From contig JAEOUG010000049.1 in NCBI GenBank assembly GCA_016839445.1, positions 1 to 42,278 of the forward strand: a stretch of 42,278 nt of DNA, in the 5' to 3' direction. Position 1 is the stretch's first letter. Each line of letters begins with the position of its first letter. Below the pieces are notes generated by a model. That model ran no database searches. It worked only from the letters and a program-made list of their open reading frames with translations, and was not told the origin of the DNA. The stretch comes from Candidatus Thorarchaeota archaeon. Lineage in GTDB: Archaea; Asgardarchaeota; Thorarchaeia; Thorarchaeales; Thorarchaeaceae. Positions 1 to 10,455 of this stretch are shown piece by piece. The position numbers and the translations under genes were made by a program.

Positions 1-2
1 GA

Positions 3-494
3 ATGCTGGACCGCGACATGACGAAGATTATCCTCATTGGCGGCGTTCTGGCCACCTTCGCAACCAGCTTCGTCTACCTGTTTGTCCTCTGGACTGGAAT
101 CTCCTTCATTCCTGGGCTCACGGGGCCAGCTGTTGACTGGGATTTACCCCAATACGCGGCAACACTTCAGCTCGCACGAACTGCGGCATTCGTTACTCTG
201 ATCCTTCATCAGCTGATGTGGCTCTGGAACTGCAGAGACGAATGGAATCCAGTCTGGAGAACCAAGATACGAGAGTCCAGAATCCTTCTCGGCGCCGTAG
301 CATTCTCACTAACTTTGACTATGCTAGTGGTCTACTCGCCTCTGTCAATTGCCTTTGGCACACTCCCTCTGCCACCGATACTCTGGATCCTCATCGTGGG
401 CCTCTGTCTACCGGGCTTCCTTGCACCAGTATATCGCTTGCTCGACCACTCCTCACAGTGGAAGAGCAGAGAGCACATGCGCGCAACGAAGTGA
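3..494 (+). CDS. Cation-transporting P-type ATPase, C-terminal membrane portion (5'-partial)
   Basis: Hydrophobic helices with ARTAAFVTL..HQL..LWNCR and 'LLGAV....L...VVYSP....FGTLPL', typical of the Cation_ATPase_C region; begins at the window edge. Confidence 0.85.
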   Translation: MLDRDMTKIILIGGVLATFATSFVYLFVLWTGISFIPGLTGPAVDWDLPQYAATLQLARTAAFVTLILHQLMWLWNCRDEWNPVWRTKIRESRILLGAVAFSLTLTMLVVYSPLSIAFGTLPLPPILWILIVGLCLPGFLAPVYRLLDHSSQWKSREHMRATK

Positions 495-506
495 GAATCC
501 ATCGTG

Positions 507-1454
507 CTACCTGAAGTCTCCAAGCTTCCTAGCGTAGAATGTGTGTCCACCATATTCCAGCTCAACCATCTTCCCCTCGTCCAAGAGTCCGGCCACTGTG
601 CTCCAATCGGCCTTGTTCCTGGTCAGGAGCCGAGAGACTGCATCCCTTCTCATAGGGTGTACCGAGGTAATGCTGAGAAGGTCGTGAACTGTATCTCCGG
701 TAGAGGCGAAAGCATCTCCCTCATACCCGATCAGATACTCCACTCTGTCGTGCCCCAGACCTGCAGCAACGGTTTGGAATGCTCTGTTCAGGAGGTGCTC
801 GCTTGCAGGCCGAACCCAATCTTCACAAGGAGGCCTAGTTGGCACAGAGATGTACGCTCGCGTGGGAGAGACTTCGGACAGATATTCGGCGAGTGGTTCC
901 AGCTCCCCCTCGTAGTCGATGTCGCCAATCAGCATTGTCTCAGTGATGATATCACCCGAGAACTCCTCGGCGAACCGGCGTATTCCTTCGAGAATGCGTT
1001 TGCTGTTGAGTGATCTATGAGGACGGTTCAGTCGTTTCCAGACTCGTTCTGAGACTGCATCAACCTTCAAGGACACAAGGTCAGCGTCGAGAAGAGCGTC
1101 CCTCACTTCATTGTCCCAGATCAGTGACGCATTAGAGATGACTGCAATCCGGATGCCCAACTCGCGAAGAAGCGAAATCTCTCGCTTCAGATTCACGTCG
1201 AGAGTAGGTTCACCGTCCGGCACGAAGGTCAGATAGTCCACCAAGGGGTCTTCTACCGCAAGTGATTCCAGCTGTCTCTTTGCTGCATGGAAGATGTCCT
1301 CTGGACTGTAGAACGAGGTGCGTTCAGCCGTCAGGGTGTGGGTTGGTCCCAGCTGACAGTAGACACACGAGTACGAGCAGCTCTTGGCGGGTATGTTGTT
1401 GATACCGAGGCTCCTCCCTAGACGCCTTGACGGAACAGGTCCAAATACGACCAT
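507..1454 (-). CDS. Radical SAM Fe-S oxidoreductase (COG0731-like)
   Basis: FGPVPSRRLGRSLGIN start, CxxxCxxC motif (CSYSCVYC), DGEPTL motif. Confidence 0.9.
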   Translation of the reverse strand: MVVFGPVPSRRLGRSLGINNIPAKSCSYSCVYCQLGPTHTLTAERTSFYSPEDIFHAAKRQLESLAVEDPLVDYLTFVPDGEPTLDVNLKREISLLRELGIRIAVISNASLIWDNEVRDALLDADLVSLKVDAVSERVWKRLNRPHRSLNSKRILEGIRRFAEEFSGDIITETMLIGDIDYEGELEPLAEYLSEVSPTRAYISVPTRPPCEDWVRPASEHLLNRAFQTVAAGLGHDRVEYLIGYEGDAFASTGDTVHDLLSITSVHPMRRDAVSRLLTRNKADWSTVAGLLDEGKMVELEYGGHTFYARKLGDFR

Positions 1455-1547
1455 GATAAGACCAGATGCTTGCTGTTGTTCTACGATGACTTCGAGGGGC
1501 TTCCATTAATATCCACCGATGGCAGGAAGACTGGTGTTGCCAGTCCA

Positions 1548-2789
1548 CTACCATCTGGGGTAGGACACGAAGGAGTCGGCGGGGAAAATGCATTCGATCT
1601 TGCTGGCCGTTTCGCTCGTGCATGGTATGATTCCGTACTTCTGAAGCTGCATTGGAGAGTAAAGCCCGCCGGCAAGTAACGACAACTGGAAGGGTGTGAG
1701 GGTAACTTCTGGTTTGGAGGCCCTTCCGAGTGATTCCAGCAAGAGCGTACCGTCAGAAAGCTCCAATGCATAGTCCCCCTCGTTCCAAGGACACTCGGGA
1801 TCTTTGACCCTGATGGAAAGAGCGGCCTCAACGTCGTTTCGAAACTCGATCGCATTGCAGTAGCCCGCGAAGTTTACGATTCTCAGCATCATTGACCCAG
1901 CATTCTCAATCTTGACTTTCTTGACGTTGCTAACATAATGGCGGAGAGGAATGCCGCCATCTATGGTCCACGAAACGTAATCACAGTCACTCGTCTCTGC
2001 CACTACAAGATTGATGATTGAAGTCAGGTCTTTCTCATCTGTGAAGTAGGTGTTCGTGACCTTCGCCTTTCGCTCGTTGTCAACCACTATTCGTGCACAG
2101 GCAACTGGTTGACCACCGGACTCGAGAATGTAGAAGCCTCCGGACTCGATCATGTTAGCGAAGAAGAGAGGCCAAGTGAAGACCCTAGACCCATAGCGGC
2201 CCATCGATTTCTCTATCTCGGATATCTCCTTGGATTCATCAGAGTCCTCAACGAGGCTTGATGTCACCTTGCCCGCGGCTACTGTTTCTCGGAGCATGCC
2301 CGGAAGGAAGTCAATCTTGATTCGGTCCTCGGCAGGTGCATAACCCAGGCGCTCGTATGCTATCTGAGCTCCTTGATACGCCGAGGGATCCAGTATGGCA
2401 GCCACAATCCCCATTTCGTTCATCTTCTGGAACGCCGCCTCCTGCATCCCTCTCAACGCACCCTTCCTTCGGTGGCGAGCATCAGTTGCCACCGCACAGA
2501 CTCCCGCGAAACGGATGGCCTTGCCACGTATCACATTCATGCAATCATTCACATGGAAGGCAAGATCGCCAATCACATCGGAGCCCGCGAGTGCGACGAA
2601 GGCATACTCGCCGTACTCAGGCTTGTTCCAGTAGTTCGTGTAGTATTCAAGCCATTCTTCTTCAAAGGAACCAATGGCCTTGAACTCCCTTGTAAGAAGT
2701 GAGGTGACCTGCTTGCGGTCGTCCTCTCGAGCTTCTCTAATCTCGTAGGTCATCTTCATCTCCTTCACAGAATGCTGGTTCGGAGTCAT
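1548..2789 (-). CDS. Eis-like GNAT acetyltransferase with C-terminal SCP2-like domain
   Basis: VATDARHRRKG acetyl-CoA motif, YERLGY, 'MMLRIVN' and 'DPECPWNEG.Y' Eis-type C-terminal motifs; start may be a later Met. Confidence 0.85.
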   Translation of the reverse strand: MTPNQHSVKEMKMTYEIREAREDDRKQVTSLLTREFKAIGSFEEEWLEYYTNYWNKPEYGEYAFVALAGSDVIGDLAFHVNDCMNVIRGKAIRFAGVCAVATDARHRRKGALRGMQEAAFQKMNEMGIVAAILDPSAYQGAQIAYERLGYAPAEDRIKIDFLPGMLRETVAAGKVTSSLVEDSDESKEISEIEKSMGRYGSRVFTWPLFFANMIESGGFYILESGGQPVACARIVVDNERKAKVTNTYFTDEKDLTSIINLVVAETSDCDYVSWTIDGGIPLRHYVSNVKKVKIENAGSMMLRIVNFAGYCNAIEFRNDVEAALSIRVKDPECPWNEGDYALELSDGTLLLESLGRASKPEVTLTPFQLSLLAGGLYSPMQLQKYGIIPCTSETASKIECIFPADSFVSYPRW

Positions 2790-2906
2790 GAATCACAGGC
2801 CTATTTGAATGTAGCTTATGAAGCCTTTTTTTAGACGATTAAGCATTATGAGGTTTTATTTGCCTTATTTAAAACCATCAAAACCTATATTTCACGGCAC
2901 TTAAAT
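2790..2906. promoter_or_regulatory. AT-rich divergent promoter region between two GNAT genes
   Basis: Visibly AT-rich against a GC-balanced window; several TATA-like boxes (ttatttaaa, ctatattt, cttaaata). Confidence 0.55.
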
Positions 2907-3815
2907 ATGGTTGCGGAAAGAGGGGCAGATATATCGACCCCGATGGTCTGGCCGCATGTGAAGAGCATGAAAGTGATTAGAAGCACTGATGCAGAACTCG
3001 AACCCTACAAGGAAACACTTGCTCCTTATGTGGGAGGATACAACGCAAGAGGAGTGGCCTACTGGGTCTTCATTGAAGAGGGAACCGTCGTAGGACTGAC
3101 GATCGTTGACAAGGAACCGGTAAGGTTGCTTGAGCCCGTTGGCACCATGATGTCACTAGTCCTCGTGATTGACTACGACCAGCCAATCGACATACTGAAG
3201 GATCTGGCTGAAGGTGCGCTGGAAATAGCGCGCGACCAAGGGGCCGCTTACTCATTTGTGGATGTACCTGCCCAGCATAACGCCTTCGTTGAAACTCTGT
3301 GTTCACTTGGCTACAAGCAAGTGTCCCACAGTCTGAGAATGGAGCGAAACACAGCCGAACGGGTCCAAGGTGTCGTTTCGCTGGACTTTGAAAAGGTTCG
3401 GCGCGAAGACGTACTCAGGTTCCTTGACAATATGACGACGTTCATGTCAGGGTCTGGCGACAACATGCTCGATGCAGTGACACCAAATGTCAAGGGCCTT
3501 CCAGAGGAATTCCTTGACCACTGGTACGCAGGCGAGATCCTCCTGAACGTGTTCCAGGATGAAGAACACGTCGGGATTCTCAACCTCAGCTTGGGGAAGT
3601 ACTTGAACATAGCAAATCTGGGAGTTGCACCAGCACACAGAGCAAAGGGCTTCGGCAGACAAGTGATGGTATATGCGGTCAACACTCTCATAGACCAAGG
3701 CGAGACGAGGCAGGCTCTGAGAGTCCATGCAGAGAACAGCCGAGCGATTCACCTCTATGAGTCAATAGGATTTGAGCGTCGCAATAGCTATAGGGCACTT
3801 ATCTGGAGGGAGTGA
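2907..3815 (+). CDS. Tandem-domain GNAT acetyltransferase
   Basis: C-terminal LGVAPAHRAKGFGR and N.RAIHLYESIGF motifs; degenerate N-terminal GNAT domain; true start may be 2957-2967. Confidence 0.85.
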   Translation: MVAERGADISTPMVWPHVKSMKVIRSTDAELEPYKETLAPYVGGYNARGVAYWVFIEEGTVVGLTIVDKEPVRLLEPVGTMMSLVLVIDYDQPIDILKDLAEGALEIARDQGAAYSFVDVPAQHNAFVETLCSLGYKQVSHSLRMERNTAERVQGVVSLDFEKVRREDVLRFLDNMTTFMSGSGDNMLDAVTPNVKGLPEEFLDHWYAGEILLNVFQDEEHVGILNLSLGKYLNIANLGVAPAHRAKGFGRQVMVYAVNTLIDQGETRQALRVHAENSRAIHLYESIGFERRNSYRALIWRE

Positions 3816-3867
3816 CACTTAGAGGTGGGACTTCTAGCACCTTCCTGAGAAACGGAGTGTACAACTA

Positions 3868-4653
3868 GTGAACGACGATCATAGTCCAGAGGATGCCATC
3901 CCATTCACAGCAAGGCTCATCGCTCATCACCGGGCCATGGAAACCCAACGTGAGAATCCCCTCATCGTGGATCCACTCGCGGAGAGACTGGCAGGCGACC
4001 TCTCTGGCCAGCTACGAGGGCACTCTGCGTCAAGAGGCGACTACTCCATTGTCCGCGCGCATTTCGTGGAGAATAGGATTCTCGGGCCGTGGTGCGAAGC
4101 AAGGGATGTTTCCCAGATAGTGATCCCGGGAGCCGGACTGGACACACGGGCCTTCAGATTCGAACCTCTCATGCGTGGCCACCACACTGTCTTTGAACTG
4201 GACCTCTCGGACGTCATTGAATACAAGGAGAGAATCCTGGAAGACGAGACGCCCGTATGTCATCTTGCTCGAGTGATTGCCGACTTGGAGGATCGCGACT
4301 GGGTGGAATCTCTCGTGTCAGCAGGCTTCTCCGAGGAGATTCCGACGCTCTGGATTCTGGAAGGTCTCTCCTACTATCTTGAACAGGATACAGTCAAATC
4401 ACTGCTGAAGGCTATGTCTTCATCCAGCGTCATGGGCAGCGAGATATTCGCTGATGTCTGCGTGCCCATTCTTGCAGAGGTTAGATTCGGAGCCTTCCTG
4501 AGGCATTTCAAATGGGGCATCGAGAAGCCAGAAGTCCCGGCCTTCTTTCGTGAGGGAGGTTGGGAGGTTTCGTGTGACTATGCGGACGACCATGATCAGG
4601 GCAGGGATGTCGGCCAGAGAGGTCTGATGTTCGCATTTGGAGAGAGGGCTTAG
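3868..4653 (+). CDS. SAM-dependent methyltransferase, LCM/TIGR00027-like
   Basis: RAMET..DPLA, QIVIPGAGLDTRAFR, FELD, ADL, EGLSYYL motifs. Confidence 0.9.
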   Translation: MNDDHSPEDAIPFTARLIAHHRAMETQRENPLIVDPLAERLAGDLSGQLRGHSASRGDYSIVRAHFVENRILGPWCEARDVSQIVIPGAGLDTRAFRFEPLMRGHHTVFELDLSDVIEYKERILEDETPVCHLARVIADLEDRDWVESLVSAGFSEEIPTLWILEGLSYYLEQDTVKSLLKAMSSSSVMGSEIFADVCVPILAEVRFGAFLRHFKWGIEKPEVPAFFREGGWEVSCDYADDHDQGRDVGQRGLMFAFGERA

Positions 4654-4677
4654 CAAGGTGCTAGGTCTCTACCGAGT

Positions 4678-5322
4678 CTATCCATCAGCAGGTGTCTCGA
4701 GCTGTTTCATCTTCTTCAGAATGGCATAGCCTTGAACAGCGGACCAGAGGATTAGGCTGTAGACAGCAAGCTTCTGCATCAATGCGGTGCCTATGAAGAA
4801 TATATGCCCAAAGACGACCACGGCAACAGCGAAGCCAACCAGTGAGTAGAGGTTGCTGTACTCCTTGTTCATGAGAATTGCGAGGGAGTAGACGATGATG
4901 GCAAATGTGTAGAGGAGGAAGAAGCTGATCGTGGTCAGGATGTGCTCTCGGAGGAAGACATCGGCGGCGAAGAGAGCCAGCGCCGAGAGATTGGGAGCAG
5001 CAGTCAAACCTAGAATCGACCCGAGAAGTGATGTATACCGCAGAGAATTGCTGCTGGTGAACTCCATTCTGATGGAGAGCCAGAACGGAACCGAGCAGAC
5101 TGCCGCGGCAGTACAAGCGAATGAGAACAAGACGTAGCCCAAGAGATTGGAGTAGGGACCAACCTCAATCAATCCCAGTTCACTGAAGTAGTTCCCGAAG
5201 AACGAGTATCCTCCGGGATAGACCATCATGTTCACGAAGGAGGTAATGACAAACATCAGTCCACCCAGGATTCCGCACTGAGCACCAATCTTCTTTGTTG
5301 ACAATCGCTTCTCCTCCTTCAC
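4678..5322 (-). CDS. DUF998-like integral membrane protein
   Basis: About 6 TM helices; YPGGYSFFGNYFSELG motif. Confidence 0.7.
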   Translation of the reverse strand: MKEEKRLSTKKIGAQCGILGGLMFVITSFVNMMVYPGGYSFFGNYFSELGLIEVGPYSNLLGYVLFSFACTAAAVCSVPFWLSIRMEFTSSNSLRYTSLLGSILGLTAAPNLSALALFAADVFLREHILTTISFFLLYTFAIIVYSLAILMNKEYSNLYSLVGFAVAVVVFGHIFFIGTALMQKLAVYSLILWSAVQGYAILKKMKQLETPADG

Positions 5323-5393
5323 TTCACACCGACTCTCATGGTCTGCTCAGAGCCTAATGCAAGAACCGGCCTATAACCGCAGCGGTCTGCGTT

Positions 5394-7253
5394 TCAGTCT
5401 GGGCGTCGCCTCAACGTACGCCGTTCCGCGAGGAAGTAGAGCAGAATGGTGACAGAAGCTGAAGGAAGCATCGCGGAAATCACCAAGACCCAGTAGTACT
5501 CATCTTGGTTGGATGTCGTTGTCGAGCTGGAACTGGTAGTAGTTGTACTCGTTCCATCATCAATGAGACGATAATAGAAGAGCGGGTTGGTAACGATGGT
5601 GTACGTGTGAGAACCGGAATCGTACTCGTCGAAGAGATATGGTCCGCTTGTCACAAGAGGCGCTTCCTCGTCGAAGACGGGGTTCCAATTGAGGGCACCC
5701 TCAACGCCGAGTCCGTTCACCTTGTTGAAGATGTGACATGGAATCACATACCTGAAGGCGAAGTCGTAGAACCCCCAGAACGATTCCGTCGACAGCTCTA
5801 CTACAACCCGATGGGATGTGGGAGCCCACACACCATAGAGCTCGGAAGGAAGAGGCTGGAGTATCGTTAGGTTGCTCTCAAGAAGGAAGCCAAAAGTGAA
5901 AGCCACGTCGAAGGCCGTCAAGCGTGTCCCGTCACTCCAAGTGGCATTCTCAACCATGTCTACGGTGAATCGCGCGTGGCCTGCTGGGACTGCCGGATTA
6001 TCCGCGTGGGTCTCCACCAAGAGTGACGAGGCAAGATCCCTAATCACTTCTCCACTGGGACCAAAATCATACAGAGAGGAGTAGAGCTCATCGAAGAGGT
6101 AGTACGGTGTGCTGCTCGAGGCAATGCTGAAGAGGTTCAGAGATGCGGGCTCTCGTGCCATGGCGACATTAACATCCCCCGGGTAGATTGGCTTGGAGGG
6201 GTAGATGTTACGCATCGTCCATGGACCGCAAGTATATCTGAAGACGTCTGCGATGTGCCCCGCGAATGCATCGTTCCGATAGGCCTGCAGAAGGACGTTT
6301 TCATAGAGCACGACACGTGGGACATTCTCATGAATCACTCTCTGCATATTCGATGCTGCCTCAAAGATGTCCTCGTAAGTCTGACCTGTGAGCAGCTGGT
6401 CCCTCCATTCGTCGAATGATTCATTGGCGAAGTTCGCAAGATTCATGCCATAGACACCTAGATTGCCGGACCAGAACTCGTCAGCAAGCCAGCGGACATC
6501 ATTCCTATCGAAACTCAGGGCATAGAAGATGACATCGAAGTCCTCATGGTTTGCTGCACGATTGTAGTAGTCCCAGAACCCGGAGTTTCGTATGTCAGGC
6601 TCTACATGAATGGACTCAAGTGCGTCTATCCAGAAGCTTCCCAGCATCCACGAGAATCCAGTCCCGGTGTATTCCACGGTTATGCTGAAAGGTGACCCGT
6701 CGGGTGCAAGTCTGTATCCTGATTCGGGGTCAATGGCAAAACCCAGGTCATCAAGAATTCTGTTTCCGATGTCCGGCTCTGCATTGTAGTAGTGCCCTGC
6801 AAGGTCATCTTCAATGCACCAACTCATGGGGAGAGGCACCACTGAGTCATGGGGCATCGAGTATCCATCGAACACCTCCTCCGAAAGGGCAACCTTGTCT
6901 AAAGCGTAGGCGAAGGCCTTTCTGAGTCCGGTGATGTTGAGAGGGTACTTCGCGCAGTTGAATGTGAACATGCCGTATCCGTTTCTTGCAGACTGGTTCA
7001 CCGTAATATCAGGGTCCGAGCTCAACACTGGATAGTGGACAGGATCAAAGAACTCGTAATCCATGTCTATCAGGCCATCCAGAAGAGATTGCACACGTTG
7101 ATCCTGATTGGCCAGAGCCTTGAACTCGATCGAGTCCACATGCGGGCCCGACTTCAGGTCGGACTCAGAGTATGCAATGTCCGCACCCTTGACTGCAGGA
7201 AGAAGAAAGACCACAAGAATGGCTGTAGCTGCAGCTCTTTGAGCGAATCTCAC
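5394..7253 (-). CDS. ABC peptide/nickel-type (family 5) substrate-binding protein, membrane-anchored
   Basis: Signal peptide, FNCAKYPL..LRKAFAYALDK, TWSDGTRLTAFDVAFTF, SGPY motifs; Thr/Ser linker and C-terminal TM helix. Confidence 0.9.
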   Translation of the reverse strand: MRFAQRAAATAILVVFLLPAVKGADIAYSESDLKSGPHVDSIEFKALANQDQRVQSLLDGLIDMDYEFFDPVHYPVLSSDPDITVNQSARNGYGMFTFNCAKYPLNITGLRKAFAYALDKVALSEEVFDGYSMPHDSVVPLPMSWCIEDDLAGHYYNAEPDIGNRILDDLGFAIDPESGYRLAPDGSPFSITVEYTGTGFSWMLGSFWIDALESIHVEPDIRNSGFWDYYNRAANHEDFDVIFYALSFDRNDVRWLADEFWSGNLGVYGMNLANFANESFDEWRDQLLTGQTYEDIFEAASNMQRVIHENVPRVVLYENVLLQAYRNDAFAGHIADVFRYTCGPWTMRNIYPSKPIYPGDVNVAMAREPASLNLFSIASSSTPYYLFDELYSSLYDFGPSGEVIRDLASSLLVETHADNPAVPAGHARFTVDMVENATWSDGTRLTAFDVAFTFGFLLESNLTILQPLPSELYGVWAPTSHRVVVELSTESFWGFYDFAFRYVIPCHIFNKVNGLGVEGALNWNPVFDEEAPLVTSGPYLFDEYDSGSHTYTIVTNPLFYYRLIDDGTSTTTTSSSSTTTSNQDEYYWVLVISAMLPSASVTILLYFLAERRTLRRRPD

Positions 7254-7318
7254 CCTACTAACCAGATAGCATCACGGAACGATGTCCCATAATTCTTTCG
7301 CTTGACGCCGGGACCAAT

Positions 7319-9208
7319 TCAAGGTCTTGACCGCCTCTGCACACGGATGTACTTCGTGAAGATGTAGACCACTACTACTGCGCCCAGACCGGCTGCGCCA
7401 CCCAGCCCTACAAGTAGTATCGACCCCTCATCTCCGGTGGTGCTGGTCGTTGTAGATCCGGTCGACGTAGTGGATGTACCGGAGGTAAGCGAGAATGGGA
7501 ACGATGGATTCGCCGCCAGCTCGAGGGATACACCATCAGTAAAGGACTCAACAAGAAAGGGTCCGCATGTCACATGTGGGTGTGATCCCTTGAACACGGG
7601 GTCCCAAGTCTCCCATCCTGCGTATCCAATGCCGTCCTCATCATTGAAGATGTGGCAAGGGATGACTCTTGTATAGGCGAAGGTGTCGAAGTGCCAGTAG
7701 GACTCTGTGGAGAACTCGAAGACTACAGTCTCCGGAGATGGGGAGTACACTGATACGAGCTCATCAAGACCTGCCCCCGCAGGGTTCCCGTAGTAGGAAC
7801 TCTCAATCAGGTAGACAAAGGTGAAAACTACATCTTGACCTGTTAGAGGTGTTCCATCACTCCACGATGCGTTCTCTATCAGATTAAGTGTGAAGCGCTC
7901 ATGACCCAGAGGCACAGCAGAGTTCTCGTTATGGGTTTCGATGAGTACGTCCGTGGCGAGGTATGGTACTGGATGATGATTTGGACCAAGTGCGAAGAGG
8001 CTGGGCCATAGATCCGGCCAGAGAGCTGGCAGCCAAGACCCTGTGTAGGGCAGAGGAGTCTGCGACGCCTCAGCCACGAAGAAGTTGAACGTGGAGGGTA
8101 CTACGTCAACCCCCACAGTAACAGTACCGCCAAGGGGCCCCTCAACTCTGCGAATCTTCCTCAAGGTCCATGGGTCTGAAGCAGACTGAGAGAGGCCATC
8201 AACATGACCTTCAAACACGTCGTTCCTGTAGGCCCCCACGAATCCGCTGGTCGAGACGACGAGACGAGGTACATTCTCATGAAGGATTCTCTGCATGGCA
8301 TTGGAAGCCTCAAGCACGTCGTCGTATGTCGCGCCAAAGAGCAGCTGATTTCTCCAGGAATCAAAACTCGCATTCATGAAGTTGCTCGGATTCCTTCCTG
8401 ACACGTTGGCGTTATCGGAGAAGTACTCATCGGCAAGCCATTGTACGCCATCGTTCTCGAAGACAGGGTATGTAAGAATCATGTCGTAATCTTGGTGGTC
8501 GGCAATCTCCTCAAGACGCACTACGATGTCAACCACCTTGAGATAGGCCTTCACATGCAATGACTCCAGCGATTCAACTGCGGTTGTGAGTGCCAGAGAT
8601 GGTTCGACACCATAGTAGGCAGTCTCTATGCATACTTCAAACTCAGTCCCATTAGGAGTCAGTCGATATCCGGTTTCGGGATTGATGCTGAAACCTAGAC
8701 TATCAAGAATTGAGTTGCCGAGTTCGGGTTGGGCGTCATAGTAATCCCAAGGAAGCTGGTCTTCGGCGCACCAGCTGCTGGCCATTGGTACTAGTGAGTC
8801 ATGTGGACCAAAGAGCGAGTTCCAGACATCCTCAGCCACGAGCGTCTTGTTGTAGGCAAAGGCAAACGCCCGCCGGAAGCCACTGATATTGAGAGGATAC
8901 TTCGCGCAGTTGATCTGTATCGACCTGTAGCCGTTGCGAGGGATTGCAGCGAAGCTGATGTCTGGATCTGATGCAAGCTCGACCAGCTCGTAAGCAATGG
9001 AGTAGAACAGCGAGCCAATGATATCGATTTCCCCGCTCAACAACTCATCGCTGCGGTATCTTGTCTCCTCATAAATCACCGAGTCAATATAGGGACCGGT
9101 GTTCAAATCGCTAGAAGGCTCTGAGGTCTGTGCCCTAACAGAAGGAGCGGCAGTCTGTACTAGAAGCACTAGCAGGAGTAACACTGCTACATCTCGCGTG
9201 AACCTCAC
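7319..9208 (-). CDS. ABC family 5 substrate-binding protein, tandem paralog of 5394-7253
   Basis: Same motif order (NCAKYPLN..FRRAFAFA, SWSDGTPLTGQDVVFTF, TCGPF), Thr-rich linker, TM anchor; shares the 5' context ctggtyagtagggtgag. Confidence 0.9.
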   Translation of the reverse strand: MRFTRDVAVLLLLVLLVQTAAPSVRAQTSEPSSDLNTGPYIDSVIYEETRYRSDELLSGEIDIIGSLFYSIAYELVELASDPDISFAAIPRNGYRSIQINCAKYPLNISGFRRAFAFAYNKTLVAEDVWNSLFGPHDSLVPMASSWCAEDQLPWDYYDAQPELGNSILDSLGFSINPETGYRLTPNGTEFEVCIETAYYGVEPSLALTTAVESLESLHVKAYLKVVDIVVRLEEIADHQDYDMILTYPVFENDGVQWLADEYFSDNANVSGRNPSNFMNASFDSWRNQLLFGATYDDVLEASNAMQRILHENVPRLVVSTSGFVGAYRNDVFEGHVDGLSQSASDPWTLRKIRRVEGPLGGTVTVGVDVVPSTFNFFVAEASQTPLPYTGSWLPALWPDLWPSLFALGPNHHPVPYLATDVLIETHNENSAVPLGHERFTLNLIENASWSDGTPLTGQDVVFTFVYLIESSYYGNPAGAGLDELVSVYSPSPETVVFEFSTESYWHFDTFAYTRVIPCHIFNDEDGIGYAGWETWDPVFKGSHPHVTCGPFLVESFTDGVSLELAANPSFPFSLTSGTSTTSTGSTTTSTTGDEGSILLVGLGGAAGLGAVVVVYIFTKYIRVQRRSRP

Positions 9209-9343
9209 CCTACTGACCAGCGATTATAGTGCCTGTTACCTTGATAACACTTCGCAAAGCTGGAAAAGCGAGAGCTGAGCAGAGGGCCGCAGTGGCGCAA
9301 AAGGTCTAAGAAGGGCCGAAGAGAGGCCCCCTAGCACTTAGAG

Positions 9344-10045
9344 TTGGTTAAGGACATGACTAAGAGCAAGTGGGATGAACTGGACTGGCTTGAAGGGATA
9401 CGACGCATAGTGGACTGGGTGAAAACCCGCGAAGAAGGCGAGTCAGTCATGCTTCTCTTACGACACTCTCACAGAGAGATTCTAAGAGACCACAAGGAAA
9501 TGCTTGGCGGTGGATTGACCGAACTAGGCAAACAGACTTCCTACGAGCTGGGAAAACGTACTCCTGTTAGGAGAAGAGCCCACTTCTTCTTCAGCATCGT
9601 TCCCAGATGCTACGAAACAGCAGAGTGGATGGCCAAAGGATTTGCTGAGGCGGGGGGCGCTGTCATCGATATGGACCCTCTGCCACCACTTGTCGGGCCC
9701 GAGTACTCAGAGCAGGAAGTCTGGATCAATCTGAATCCGAATGGTGAAAACGTGACAGAGTTCGTGAACAGATGGGCCCAGGGCGACTTCGGAGACGCCA
9801 TTGAGCCTCTTGAGAAGTATCAGGCGAGAATCATGTGTGAGACCATGGAGAGGCTTGCATCATCCACAGAGGCAGTAACACACGTTCACATCACACACGA
9901 CTTGGGTCTGATGTGCACGAAACGTTTCTTTCTTGGCAGGCCATTGGAGGAGCTAGACCGGGAACCATACCTTGGGGGTCTTGCTGTATCCTCTTCTCAG
10001 GCCGGCAAGCGTCTCTTCATGAACGGAGAAGAAACTCAGCTCTAG
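9344..10045 (+). CDS. Histidine phosphatase superfamily protein
   Basis: LLLRHS (RHG-like), GLTELG, S..PRCYETA, ITHD motifs. Confidence 0.8.
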   Translation: MVKDMTKSKWDELDWLEGIRRIVDWVKTREEGESVMLLLRHSHREILRDHKEMLGGGLTELGKQTSYELGKRTPVRRRAHFFFSIVPRCYETAEWMAKGFAEAGGAVIDMDPLPPLVGPEYSEQEVWINLNPNGENVTEFVNRWAQGDFGDAIEPLEKYQARIMCETMERLASSTEAVTHVHITHDLGLMCTKRFFLGRPLEELDREPYLGGLAVSSSQAGKRLFMNGEETQL

Positions 10046-10136
10046 CGATGGTCTTTGATTTGGTTTCATTCCGAAACCTCTAAAAAGAGCAGGTTGGCCG
10101 TGCGGGCGACCGACCAAAACGCGCAAGGACTGCATT

Positions 10137-10388
10137 ATGGACTACGACTTCAACTGCCCTGACGGCCTCTGCAGACTCAGAATACAAGCCGTGGACAATG
10201 CAATCGGCCACAGTAAGAATGAGTGGGGAGTCATTCTTGAACCTACTCGGGAGTATGCCGATGTAGCCCATGCTCTGCGCTTCTGCGAAGTCCTTCATCT
10301 TGAAGCAAAGGTCAAGGTCGCTTCAGATGGATACAGCGTTCTTGTGCGCAATGACACAGTTCAGCAGCCAGTAGGCAAGAGAGCCTGA
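10137..10388 (+). CDS. Small protein, possibly TusA/SirA-like sulfur-carrier fold
   Basis: 83 aa; N-terminal CP motif (NCPDGLC) and C-terminal 'FC..L.L.......GYSVLVR' pattern reminiscent of TusA. Confidence 0.45.
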   Translation: MDYDFNCPDGLCRLRIQAVDNAIGHSKNEWGVILEPTREYADVAHALRFCEVLHLEAKVKVASDGYSVLVRNDTVQQPVGKRA

Positions 10389-10455
10389 GCTGCACTCCAA
10401 AACCTCTTTCAAGCAGACTGCCTAACGTCATAGATGCATTGTAGAGAGTGATTAG

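Noticed and set aside
504-1013. 169-aa plus-strand ORF
   Set aside because: Antisense to the radical SAM gene
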